Shown here: piece by piece, positions 30,167 through 39,465 of the stretch
Layout: every line of letters begins with the position of its first letter
How positions within the stretch are numbered: the stretch's first letter is position 1
NCBI GenBank assembly: GCA_964389675.1
Contig: CAYMEV010000009.1
Span: 62,001 to 126,000, forward strand
Reading direction: 5' to 3'
Length of the DNA: 64,000 nt
Origin: an uncultured Candidatus Sumerlaeota bacterium
GTDB lineage: Bacteria; CAYMEV01
The notes under the pieces: model-generated
The model's input: only the letters and a program-made list of their open reading frames with translations
What the model was told of the DNA's origin: nothing
The model's database searches: none
Position numbers and translations under genes: made by a program

Positions 30167-30771
30167 TCTATAAGCCTTGCATGTTCTTTCAATCTTTTGG
30201 AGGCTCTGTTTATGATATTCTTCACAGCCTGAGTGGTAAAGCTGGCCCCTGTAATTGCTTCAAACTCATCATCTCCGGTATCAGAACCCTCAGGCACATA
30301 ATCAATGGGAACTTTTTTCCCCTTAAACTGACTTATGAACCACTCTTCTGTTATTCTTGCCCCTAAGCCTGGAGTCTCGTTCTGAGAAACAAAATCTATA
30401 CCCCGGAGAGTTTCTAAATCCGTATAAAATGATACAAAAGCGTCTATATTGCCCCAAAGGCCCTTGCCTCTCACAGGCAATGCATATCCTTCAATCTTCC
30501 CTGCTTTATCATAAATCTCATAATATAGCAGAATCCCGTTGCTGTCAGATCTTTCCTGGAATAAATCCCGGTATATTCTGTCCGTCTCCATGCTGTTCGC
30601 TGGAATATCAAGCCCTGCAGAAGAAAACAGCCTCTGCTTTTTTACAGCTGATTCATTTATTCTTATTGTATCTTCGGTAATAAGGTATACTGAACTTACA
30701 AGTGAAATGGAAATAATTGTAATTACTGCCATAAAAAGAATAATATAAAGAGTGCTTTTATCTCTGTCCAT
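30163..30771 (-). CDS. nqrC: NqrC/RnfG FMN-binding subunit
   Basis: N-terminal TM helix, GKGLWG, ETPGLGARI, AITGAS flavinylation motif. Confidence 0.88.
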   Translation of the reverse strand: MDRDKSTLYIILFMAVITIISISLVSSVYLITEDTIRINESAVKKQRLFSSAGLDIPANSMETDRIYRDLFQERSDSNGILLYYEIYDKAGKIEGYALPVRGKGLWGNIDAFVSFYTDLETLRGIDFVSQNETPGLGARITEEWFISQFKGKKVPIDYVPEGSDTGDDEFEAITGASFTTQAVKNIINRASKRLKEHARLIE

Positions 30772-31714
30772 TCTGCTTTTTCCTCTTTTTCAGTTCTTTC
30801 AGGCCATGGTCAATGATCGGGATGAACATATTTGCTATAAGGATCGCAAACATTATTCCCTCCGGCCATATTGAAAATACTCTTATCAATGTAGTAAGAA
30901 CACCTATAATTAATCCGTATATCAGTTTGCCTTCCTTCAATGAGGATGCGGAAACAGGGTCAGTCGCCATAAAGAAGATGCCCAGCATAAATCCGCCGGA
31001 AAGGATGGCGTGAAGGCAAGGAATTGATCCCTCCACATTCGCTGTATTAAGTATAAAGTTCATTGCAAGCATTCCAAAGATACCGGACAATACTATCCTG
31101 TAATCTGCAACCTTCCTGATAATTAGAAACAGGCCTCCTATAAGAAGCATCAATGCGCTGGTTTCACCCAAGCATCCCGATATATTGCCGATAAAGAGCC
31201 TGAAAAGGTCAGTTTCCCCGCCGCCTGAAAGCCTTGCAAGAGGAGTAGCCTCCGTAACAACAGAACTGCTGTATTGTATAAATCCGCCTATGCCCTCGCT
31301 GAACGGCTCAACCCATCTGTTCGTCAAAAAATTCCCGAATGAAACATAAATAAATGCCCTGCCTACAAGGGCAGGGTTAAATACATTCCTTCCAAATCCC
31401 CCGAAAACCATCTTTCCAAAAACAACACCCGCAATAATACCAACTGCTGCCATCCAGTATGGTATAGTAGGAGGAAGGGTGAGGGTATATAGAAGGCAGG
31501 TAACAAATACTGAAGAATGGACATTCTCCCTGTAATGCCTTGCAAACATGTACTCGCTCAGATAACCGGCTGAAGCCACAACAGCAATAAGCAACAGGCT
31601 CCTCAAACCAAAAAAATATACGCTGGAAATGCAGGCGGGAATAAGGGAATAAAGTACCATCTTCATAGGTTTAACCCATTTTATCCCGGATGTTTGAAGG
31701 GAAAGGCCGCTCAT
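30758..31714 (-). CDS. nqrB: NqrB/RnfD membrane subunit (short, RnfD-sized)
   Basis: FGKMVFGGFGRNVFNPALVGRAF, TEATPL, GCLGETS, FMATDPVSA, EGIMFAIL. Confidence 0.88.
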   Translation of the reverse strand: MSGLSLQTSGIKWVKPMKMVLYSLIPACISSVYFFGLRSLLLIAVVASAGYLSEYMFARHYRENVHSSVFVTCLLYTLTLPPTIPYWMAAVGIIAGVVFGKMVFGGFGRNVFNPALVGRAFIYVSFGNFLTNRWVEPFSEGIGGFIQYSSSVVTEATPLARLSGGGETDLFRLFIGNISGCLGETSALMLLIGGLFLIIRKVADYRIVLSGIFGMLAMNFILNTANVEGSIPCLHAILSGGFMLGIFFMATDPVSASSLKEGKLIYGLIIGVLTTLIRVFSIWPEGIMFAILIANMFIPIIDHGLKELKKRKKQNGQR

Positions 31715-31748
31715 AAAATAATTATAGAATCAAGGTACAAGTGGTCAA
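31715..31748 (-). promoter_or_regulatory. sigma70 promoter, probably giving a leaderless nqrB transcript
   Basis: TTGACC(31748-31743)-N16-TATAAT(31726-31721)-6 nt-ATG; no Shine-Dalgarno. Confidence 0.6.
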
Positions 31749-31809
31749 GAAATATAATTGAGGGCAATTTTATTTGCCTTTTTTATCATTATTGATAATA
31801 TCGTTGAAT

Positions 31810-32517
31810 ATGGAAGAAAGACCGGTCGCTACATTCGGGATCCTGATGTATAATGAGCAGGAATCCATAACTGATATGTACAATAGCCTGAAAAATGGTC
31901 TTAAGGCCTTTCCTTACAGCTATGAGATACTTTATATAGACAATGGTTCAAACGACAGTTCCTCTGATATAGTGAAGAAACTCATGGAAAATGACGAGAC
32001 CATCTCCCTGTTCAGGATTGAAAACAACCAGGGTTACGGCAACGGGATAATAGAGGGGCTTAAAATGGCAAAAGGTGAAATAATAGGCTATATATGGGGA
32101 GATAACCAGGTGGATATAAGTGATATTATAAAGGTATATGAAAAAGCCGTTGCCAATCCTGACTGCCTGATAAAGATAAGCAGGGTAATGAGGGAGGATG
32201 GGGGATTAAGGATACTGGGCTCTTACATATACAATAAGCTGTATTCAATCCTGTTCTCAGTCAGGACAAAAGATGCAAACGGCTGTCCAAAAGTATTCAA
32301 AAAAGAGCTTTTTAACAGCATGGCCCTGAAGAAAAAAGACTGGCTTATAGATCCTGAGCTTCTCTACAAAGCACACAGGCTTGGAATCAGGATAATTGAG
32401 ATTCCTATCGTATTTCATAAGAGGAAAAAGGGCAGGTCATATGTCACACTTATGACTTTTGCATCCTTTTTTATAAAACTCATGATATCATATATAAAAA
32501 GGGATTTTAATAAGTGA
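31810..32517 (+). CDS. family 2 glycosyltransferase (DPM1-like)
   Basis: MYNEQE, IDNGSND, GYGNGI, WGDNQ, DPELL; start taken as ATG 31810 (track 31774). Confidence 0.88.
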   Translation: MEERPVATFGILMYNEQESITDMYNSLKNGLKAFPYSYEILYIDNGSNDSSSDIVKKLMENDETISLFRIENNQGYGNGIIEGLKMAKGEIIGYIWGDNQVDISDIIKVYEKAVANPDCLIKISRVMREDGGLRILGSYIYNKLYSILFSVRTKDANGCPKVFKKELFNSMALKKKDWLIDPELLYKAHRLGIRIIEIPIVFHKRKKGRSYVTLMTFASFFIKLMISYIKRDFNK

Positions 32518-35057
32518 ACAGAGATTTCAGGAATATAGACGAGCTTTTTACAAAAAGGGCGATCGCTGTAATGGTAAAGAATATACAGGATTGCGGGGAA
32601 AAGGAGGTACTGTTCCTCGGCAATCTAGATCCTGACAATATGGTTGATACCATAACACCCTATGCATGGGGGAATAAATACAGCGTTCCTGCCCTTAAGA
32701 AAACACTCCCTGACTATGATGTAGTTGTCCATAACCATCCATCCGGCGATTTAGAGCCATCCCAGGCTGATATAGCAATTGCGGAAGATCTCTCGAACAA
32801 TTATGGAACCGGTTTCTTTATAATAAATAATAATGCAACCGATCTATACACTGTAGTCAAGTGCCTCAAGAAGAAAAGCATCAGCAGAATAGAACCGTCT
32901 TCGATCATATCGTATTTCCAGCAGGATGGTTACCTGAAGGACCTTATTGAGAATTTTGAATACCGGATTGAGCAGAAGCAGATGGTTATAGATATTGTTA
33001 ATGCATTCAATGAAAATAAATTTGCATTAATTGAGGCAGGCACAGGGATAGGAAAGAGCTTTGCTTATCTAATACCTGCCATAATCTGGGCAAAGACCAA
33101 CAAGGAGAGGGTAATAATATCGACAAAGACAATTAACCTTCAGCAGCAGCTTATCCAGAGCGATCTTCCAAAACTGGTAAAAGACCCGGAGCTTAAGGCG
33201 GATTTTGCCCTGGCGCTTGGAAGAGGGAATTTTGTCTGCCTCAGAAAGCTTGCATATGTCACACAGGAAGATAATATAATGTTTGACATTGAATTTGATT
33301 TAAGTTCGATGGAAAGCCTGCTCAGCTGGGCAAAAAAAACGAAAACAGGCTTAAAAAGCGATTTTGTGGCTCAAATTGACAATGAACTGTGGAACCTTAT
33401 AGCATCCGATCATGAAAAATGCCACAAGATCAAATGCCCTTTCTATGAAAAATGCTTTTATTTCGAGCATAAAAGGAGGCTTTCTTCCTGCGATATTATA
33501 ATTGTTAATCATTATCTTCTTGCATATGATATTTTTCTTAAAAACAGCCTTATTTCCTTCGATGAGAATGCACTGCTTCCGCCATTCAAGCATATAATAA
33601 TGGATGAAGCACACCATATAGAGGATATAATGAGCAAATGCTTCACAATCGATGCGTCAAATCTTCAGATATACCATCTTCTGAAAGAGCTTCACAATCC
33701 TGTTAAGAACAGGGGTATTCTGCTTAAAATGCTGGTAAGGCAGAATCATCTGGATGTCCTCAGGCTTGAAAGTGAGATCCTGGACAGGCTTTCAGAAATA
33801 AAAGACAGGATCAATAATACTATAGCCGGTATCCATAAAATACATTTAAATATCGAGATTGAATATGACAGGATATTCAAGCTTTCATCGCAGTTTTTTA
33901 AGGACAGCTATTTTAAAAACGGTGAGATAAGGCACAGGATTGAAAATGACAATTCTGATTATTACAATACAATCAGCGAAAATCTTCAGAATATCTTTAA
34001 TATACTCAGCAGTCTTTACATTGAAATAAAATTCATTTATCAGGGTTATGCATGCCTCCCTCAGCAGATCCTCGACCTTATGGACATGGATTTTATTATA
34101 TTAAAAAGCATTTATAAAAAGCTGACATATATAATCTCTGTTTTTGAGTCTTTTTTCAATATTGAAGACGACAGGGTATACTGGATTGAATTATCAAAGA
34201 GATATAAAGCCCCCTTTTTCAGAATACTGAATGCACCTGTTCTCGTCGGGGACTTCCTGACAGACGCCCTTTACAGCAAACTGAGCAGTTTTGTAGCATC
34301 TTCAGCAACACTTAATGTAGAAGATGATTTTAAGTTCTTTGAAGAAAGGACCGGGCTATCAAATATTCCACCTGATCAGAAAATAAAGAGCGTATATAAG
34401 TCATCATTCCTGACGAATAAGCAGGCACTGCTTTTCATCCCTGAAGGGCTTTCATCCCCTTCTGAGGAGATGTTCTACCGTGAGGAGGTGATCACCGCCA
34501 TACACATGGTCTTAAGCCACCTTGAGGGAGGAGTGCTTATACTCTTCACGTCAAAGCTCTTTCTTGAAGAAGCTTATGACAAGCTCAGGGATGTAATACC
34601 TGCATTCGGTAAAATACCTATGAAACAGGGTGATATGCCAAGAGACCATCAGTTGATTGATTTTAAATCAAGGGAAAACGGGGTATTATTTGCTCTGGAT
34701 TCCTTCTGGGAAGGTATTGATGTCCCTGGAAAATCACTTCAGAGCGTAATAATTACACGCCTGCCCTTCCGGTCACCCGCTGACCCGATTGAACAGGCGC
34801 GATACCAGTATATTGAGAAACAGGGAAGAAATCCCTTTTATGAGTATGCCCTTCCTAAAGCAATATTGCTGCTGAAACAGGGATTTGGAAGACTTATCAG
34901 AAACAAAACTGACAGAGGTGTAGTATTTATCCTCGACAATAGAATAGTGCAGAAAAGGTATGGCAGAAGATTCCTGAATGCATTGCCTGAGTGCCCTGTG
35001 ATTCATGCAAGTTTAGGCATTATTACTGATAAGCTTAAAGAATATTTTAATAAATAA
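32514..35057 (+). CDS. dinG: DinG/YoaA-family helicase with N-terminal JAB/RadC-like domain
   Basis: HNHPSGDLEPSQAD; EAGTGIGKS, Fe-S cysteines, DEAHH, SATL, FWEGIDVPG, QGFGRLIR. Confidence 0.92.
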   Translation: MNRDFRNIDELFTKRAIAVMVKNIQDCGEKEVLFLGNLDPDNMVDTITPYAWGNKYSVPALKKTLPDYDVVVHNHPSGDLEPSQADIAIAEDLSNNYGTGFFIINNNATDLYTVVKCLKKKSISRIEPSSIISYFQQDGYLKDLIENFEYRIEQKQMVIDIVNAFNENKFALIEAGTGIGKSFAYLIPAIIWAKTNKERVIISTKTINLQQQLIQSDLPKLVKDPELKADFALALGRGNFVCLRKLAYVTQEDNIMFDIEFDLSSMESLLSWAKKTKTGLKSDFVAQIDNELWNLIASDHEKCHKIKCPFYEKCFYFEHKRRLSSCDIIIVNHYLLAYDIFLKNSLISFDENALLPPFKHIIMDEAHHIEDIMSKCFTIDASNLQIYHLLKELHNPVKNRGILLKMLVRQNHLDVLRLESEILDRLSEIKDRINNTIAGIHKIHLNIEIEYDRIFKLSSQFFKDSYFKNGEIRHRIENDNSDYYNTISENLQNIFNILSSLYIEIKFIYQGYACLPQQILDLMDMDFIILKSIYKKLTYIISVFESFFNIEDDRVYWIELSKRYKAPFFRILNAPVLVGDFLTDALYSKLSSFVASSATLNVEDDFKFFEERTGLSNIPPDQKIKSVYKSSFLTNKQALLFIPEGLSSPSEEMFYREEVITAIHMVLSHLEGGVLILFTSKLFLEEAYDKLRDVIPAFGKIPMKQGDMPRDHQLIDFKSRENGVLFALDSFWEGIDVPGKSLQSVIITRLPFRSPADPIEQARYQYIEKQGRNPFYEYALPKAILLLKQGFGRLIRNKTDRGVVFILDNRIVQKRYGRRFLNALPECPVIHASLGIITDKLKEYFNK

Positions 35058-35069
35058 AAGGAGGAGATA

Positions 35070-35600
35070 ATGGAAATTACCAGACACATTCCTGAAATTA
35101 ATGAGATTGTAAGTGAAGAACTGAAAAACAAGGTTGTAAAGATCTTTGAAAAGGCTCTTGATCTTGGAAAGTGGTCATATGCTGACCTCTATAAAATGCC
35201 TTTTACACTCCTGATAGAAGGCTGTCCAATGAATATGATCGAGCATATAAGGGGAGTGACAAATATATGCATAAAAAGCTATGATGTCTTTGCCGATATA
35301 TATGGAGACAGAAATCCGCTGGACAGAGATGTACTGATAGCCTCAGCCCTTCTTCATGATATCGGAAAGCTTGTAGAATATTCGATCGATGATAAGGGGA
35401 AATTCTATACAAGCCGTCTCGGCAAGCTGCTGAGGCATCCATTTTCAGGGGTCGGGCTGTGCTATGAATTTGACCTTGATCCGAAAATACTGAACGCAAT
35501 TGCATACCACAGTAAGGAAGGCAATCTTAATAAACGGTCACCTGAAGGTGTAGTTGTCTTCCATGCTGATTTTATAAATTTTGAACCATTTCATAATTAA
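35070..35600 (+). CDS. small HD-domain phosphohydrolase
   Basis: EHIRGV, ALLHDIGK, RHPFSG, IAYH, FHAD. Confidence 0.88.
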   Translation: MEITRHIPEINEIVSEELKNKVVKIFEKALDLGKWSYADLYKMPFTLLIEGCPMNMIEHIRGVTNICIKSYDVFADIYGDRNPLDRDVLIASALLHDIGKLVEYSIDDKGKFYTSRLGKLLRHPFSGVGLCYEFDLDPKILNAIAYHSKEGNLNKRSPEGVVVFHADFINFEPFHN

Positions 35601-35614
35601 AGAGGAGTATTAAT

Positions 35615-36862
35615 ATGGGAAAAACACTATCTGAAAAGATACTGGCGCTTAAAAGCGGAAAAGGTTCAGTTTCAGCAGGTGAGATAGTTGTAGCTCGCCC
35701 TGATTACGTACTTTCTCATGATAATGCAGCGGCTATTTCAAAAACCTTTGCAAAGATCGGGACTGATAAGGTTGAGATACCATCACATATTGTAATTATC
35801 CTTGACCATGTCATACCTGCATCCGACGCAAAGAATGCTGAAAACCACAAAACAATAAGGGCATTTGTTGAAAAGCACAAAATTCCAAATTTCTATGATA
35901 TCAATTATGGTATCTGTCACCAGGTACTGTGCGAACAGGGTTTTGCACTCCCCGGCAAGCTTATACTCGGAAGCGACAGCCACACAAATACCTATGGTGC
36001 TTTCGGAGCCTTTGCAGCGGGTATAGGCAGAACAGAGGTCGCAGCCCTGTGGGCTACCGGCAGGATATGGCTGAGGGTACCTGAGACCATGAAAATCATC
36101 CTGAAGGGTAAATTCCGTAAGGGAGTTGACTCAAAGGACCTGGCACTCAAAATTATTGGCGACATAGGAGCTGACGGTGCATTATATAAAGCAGTGGAAT
36201 TTGTCGGCCCCCTTGCAGAATCTCTTCCAGTATCTGACAGGATGGTTCTATGCAACCTGTCAGCAGAGATGGGAGCAAAGAATGGATATTTTCTGCCAAA
36301 CAGTGATGTGCTTAAATATATAGATAAGATAAAGAAGGACAGCTTCGAGATCATCAAAAGCGATGAAGATGCAAATTTCGAGAAGGAGCTTGTATTTGAT
36401 GTAACGAATCTCAGGCCCCAGATTGCAAAGCCTCATACTGTAGATAATGTTGTGACAATTGATGAGCTCGAGCATACAAAAATTGACCAGGTTCTGCTGG
36501 GAACATGCACCAATGGAAGGATAGGAGACCTGGAGAAGGCAGCCAGGGTACTCAAAGGCAGGAAAATAGCAAAGAGTGTCAGAATGCTTGTATTCCCGGC
36601 TTCCTGGGATATTTACAGGCAGGCGATAGAAAATGGAACCATTACTACACTGGTTGATGCCGGTGCTGTTATCATGAACCCCGGCTGTGGCCCATGCCTT
36701 GGAGCTCATGAAGGCGCCCTGGCAGACGGTGAGGTATGCCTCAGCACTGCCAACAGGAATTTTAAAGGCAGAATGGGAAACCCAAAAGCATCTGTCTATC
36801 TCTGCAATCCTGAGACAGCAGCAGCCTCAGCTGCAGCAGGCTATATTACCAGTGCATATTAA
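35615..36862 (+). CDS. leuC: 3-isopropylmalate dehydratase/homoaconitase-family large subunit
   Basis: DH, GICHQ, GSDSHT, GTCTNGR, GCGPCLG, STANRNFKGRMG. Confidence 0.9.
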   Translation: MGKTLSEKILALKSGKGSVSAGEIVVARPDYVLSHDNAAAISKTFAKIGTDKVEIPSHIVIILDHVIPASDAKNAENHKTIRAFVEKHKIPNFYDINYGICHQVLCEQGFALPGKLILGSDSHTNTYGAFGAFAAGIGRTEVAALWATGRIWLRVPETMKIILKGKFRKGVDSKDLALKIIGDIGADGALYKAVEFVGPLAESLPVSDRMVLCNLSAEMGAKNGYFLPNSDVLKYIDKIKKDSFEIIKSDEDANFEKELVFDVTNLRPQIAKPHTVDNVVTIDELEHTKIDQVLLGTCTNGRIGDLEKAARVLKGRKIAKSVRMLVFPASWDIYRQAIENGTITTLVDAGAVIMNPGCGPCLGAHEGALADGEVCLSTANRNFKGRMGNPKASVYLCNPETAAASAAAGYITSAY

Positions 36863-36876
36863 CAGGAGGTTATAAA

Positions 36877-37374
36877 ATGGGAATCATTAAAGGCAAAGTA
36901 TTCAAATATGGTGATAATATAAATACTGATGTAATATTTCCAGGGAAATACACCTACACAGTTACAGAACCTGAGGAGATCGCAAAACATGCCCTTGAGG
37001 ACCTTGATCCGGATTTTATAAAAAAGGTAAAACCCGGCGATATAATAGTAGCAGGTTATAATTTCGGCTGTGGTTCATCCAGGGAGCAGGCAGCCTTCTG
37101 TCTTAAATACGCAAAAGTTGGGGCAGTAATTGCCAAGTCATTTGCAAGGATCTATTTCCGCAACTGCATAAATGCAGGGCTTCCTATACTTATGAGCGAA
37201 GAGATAGTAGACAGTATAGAGAATAATGATGAAATAGAGATAGATTTTGAAAAGGGAAGCGTAAATACAGAAAAAGGCAAATTCAGCTTTCCTCCCCTCC
37301 CGGAAGAGGTTTTGCAGATACTTAATGCAGGCGGGCTTATTGAATATATAAAAAAGGGTCCTGATAAAGAATAA
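36877..37374 (+). CDS. leuD: 3-isopropylmalate dehydratase/homoaconitase-family small subunit
   Basis: GDNINTD, NFGCGSSREQA, SFARIYFRN. Confidence 0.9.
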   Translation: MGIIKGKVFKYGDNINTDVIFPGKYTYTVTEPEEIAKHALEDLDPDFIKKVKPGDIIVAGYNFGCGSSREQAAFCLKYAKVGAVIAKSFARIYFRNCINAGLPILMSEEIVDSIENNDEIEIDFEKGSVNTEKGKFSFPPLPEEVLQILNAGGLIEYIKKGPDKE

Positions 37375-37532
37375 AGCCTGAATTCCCCTACCTTCAGGCA
37401 TTGAGCATCAAACCACATCCAGGTTTGCCATGATCATGCCTGAGGGAGGATTTGATTTTTCATCAGAATAAAAAGGTCAGGCAGGATCATTCCCCTGCTG
37501 CCTGAGGCGAGGATATCCTCGTATCTAATTAA

Positions 37533-38186
37533 ATGAAGAAAGCCTTAAGATTATTCATTCTCATCTTTTTTTTAACAATTATTTCAGCAGCAGCTTATTA
37601 TACAATAACCATTATTAAGGCACGAAGAAAAACACCCGCTCTCATCAGCGGAATTCTAAAATCCGGTAAAATACAGATCAAGCTCTCAGACCTTCCGGAC
37701 GGATGGCTTGAAATTCTTCTTAAGGTAGAAGATCCCTGCTTTTACGAGCACAATGGTATAGACCTTGTTACTCCAGGCGCCGGGCTCACCACCATCACAC
37801 AAGGAATGGTTAAATACCTGTATTTTGAAAACTTCAAGCCCGGCATTGATAAGATAAGGCAGAGCCTTATTGCTGTCTTTGCCCTTGATGCACTTGTCCC
37901 AAAAAATCAACAGCTGCTTATCTTTATAAATACTGCATATATGGGAGAAAGCAATAACAGGTCCATCAGGGGCTTTCAGGAAGCAGCAGACGAGTATTTT
38001 CAAAAGCCATTTTCAAAACTGTCCGAGGATGAATATTTGGCACTGGTAGCAATGATCATTGCTCCTAACAGCTTCCATGTCAAAAGATACCCTGAAAGGA
38101 ACAGAAAAAGGGTATGCCGTATCAGGAAAATGCTGGCAGGAACATATACACCCAGGGAATTAATGGATCTTTACTATGATAAATAG
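37533..38186 (+). CDS. monofunctional GT51 transglycosylase-domain protein
   Basis: N-terminal TM helix, VEDPCFYEHNGID, TTITQGMVK, AADEYFQK. Confidence 0.8.
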   Translation: MKKALRLFILIFFLTIISAAAYYTITIIKARRKTPALISGILKSGKIQIKLSDLPDGWLEILLKVEDPCFYEHNGIDLVTPGAGLTTITQGMVKYLYFENFKPGIDKIRQSLIAVFALDALVPKNQQLLIFINTAYMGESNNRSIRGFQEAADEYFQKPFSKLSEDEYLALVAMIIAPNSFHVKRYPERNRKRVCRIRKMLAGTYTPRELMDLYYDK

Positions 38187-38224
38187 AAAATCCTTTTCAG
38201 TATCCTCAGTATGAAAAGGCCTGA

Positions 38225-39424
38225 TTATTCAGTTTCTTTTTCGACAATTCCTGGATCCGGGACATAAGAAGGCTTCATCACAGATAATGTAGAAAAACTG
38301 CCGTTCTTTACAACCATGACAGATACGCTTTTCTGGGGTACCTTATTGCCTCTGCTGTAGCTTATGGAACCTGCAATTCCAGGAAAATCCTTTATCCTGG
38401 AAAGGCTTTCAGCAATCTTTATGGGATCATCACTTCCCGCAAGTTTTATTGCCTCAGCAACAAGATTCATGGTATCATATCCAAGGACTGCAAAAGCATT
38501 TTCAGGCGCATTATTATATTTAGCACTGTACTTTTTAATAAATTCCTGCATATGTTCATCAGGGCTATTCAGGGAGATATGTGTGACAAAAACAACACCT
38601 TCAGCATGTTCTCCTGCTTCTTCAATAAGAAGAGGAGTATCAAATCCGTCTTCACCCAGGACAGGTACAGTTACTCCCCCCTTCCTGATCTGTCTGACTA
38701 TTAATCCAATATTTCCCGGCACAGCTCCTATATATACAGAATCAATTCTTCCGGACTTTTCACTCTCCTTAAGACGTTTTACAAGATCTGAATAATCAGT
38801 GGACCCCGTTTCAAAATAATCGCAGTATATAACTTCACCGCCGAAATGAGAAAATGCATCCTCAAAGTACCTGCTTACAATGATGCTGAAGTCTGAAGTA
38901 TTATCAATCCAAAGAGCAGCTTTTTTTAGCCCCATCTCTTTAAAGGCCCACTCCGCCATTACAGCGGCCTGTACATTATCCCCGAAGCATGCCAGCCATG
39001 CGGCTGTTTTATCCGGAATAAGGGGGTCGGTCGCACCTGGAGTTATAAATGGTATATTATGCTTCAATGCAATCGATGCTGCTGTCAATACCCAGTTAGT
39101 ATCGCTATAACCGATAATAACGGATACTTTATCCTTTTCTATCAAATCAGTGACTGCCCGGGATACTAATGAGTCGTCTGCCCTGGTATCAATACATTTA
39201 ACCATGACAGGCCTGCCAAGAATCCCGCCGGAACCGTTAATCTCATCTGCCGCAAGCTGTATGCCTTTCCAGGAGGGGCCGTCAATGGAGGCCCATGGCC
39301 CGGTCAGATTCTGTACTACACCAATTATCACCGGTTTTTCACCGGCCAGGTTGCTGTGCATAAACATGAAGCTGACAGCAATCAATAGAAAAAATACTAT
39401 TATTCTATCCGGGATTTGATTCAT
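38225..39424 (-). CDS. branched-chain amino acid type ABC substrate-binding protein (LivJ-like), orphan
   Basis: IGVVQNLTG, LAADEINGSGGILGRP, PGATDP, GYD; signal peptide. Confidence 0.88.
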   Translation of the reverse strand: MNQIPDRIIVFFLLIAVSFMFMHSNLAGEKPVIIGVVQNLTGPWASIDGPSWKGIQLAADEINGSGGILGRPVMVKCIDTRADDSLVSRAVTDLIEKDKVSVIIGYSDTNWVLTAASIALKHNIPFITPGATDPLIPDKTAAWLACFGDNVQAAVMAEWAFKEMGLKKAALWIDNTSDFSIIVSRYFEDAFSHFGGEVIYCDYFETGSTDYSDLVKRLKESEKSGRIDSVYIGAVPGNIGLIVRQIRKGGVTVPVLGEDGFDTPLLIEEAGEHAEGVVFVTHISLNSPDEHMQEFIKKYSAKYNNAPENAFAVLGYDTMNLVAEAIKLAGSDDPIKIAESLSRIKDFPGIAGSISYSRGNKVPQKSVSVMVVKNGSFSTLSVMKPSYVPDPGIVEKETE

Positions 39425-39465
39425 TTTTAAAAGACCTCCTGAATTACTGTTTTATTAAAGATTTT

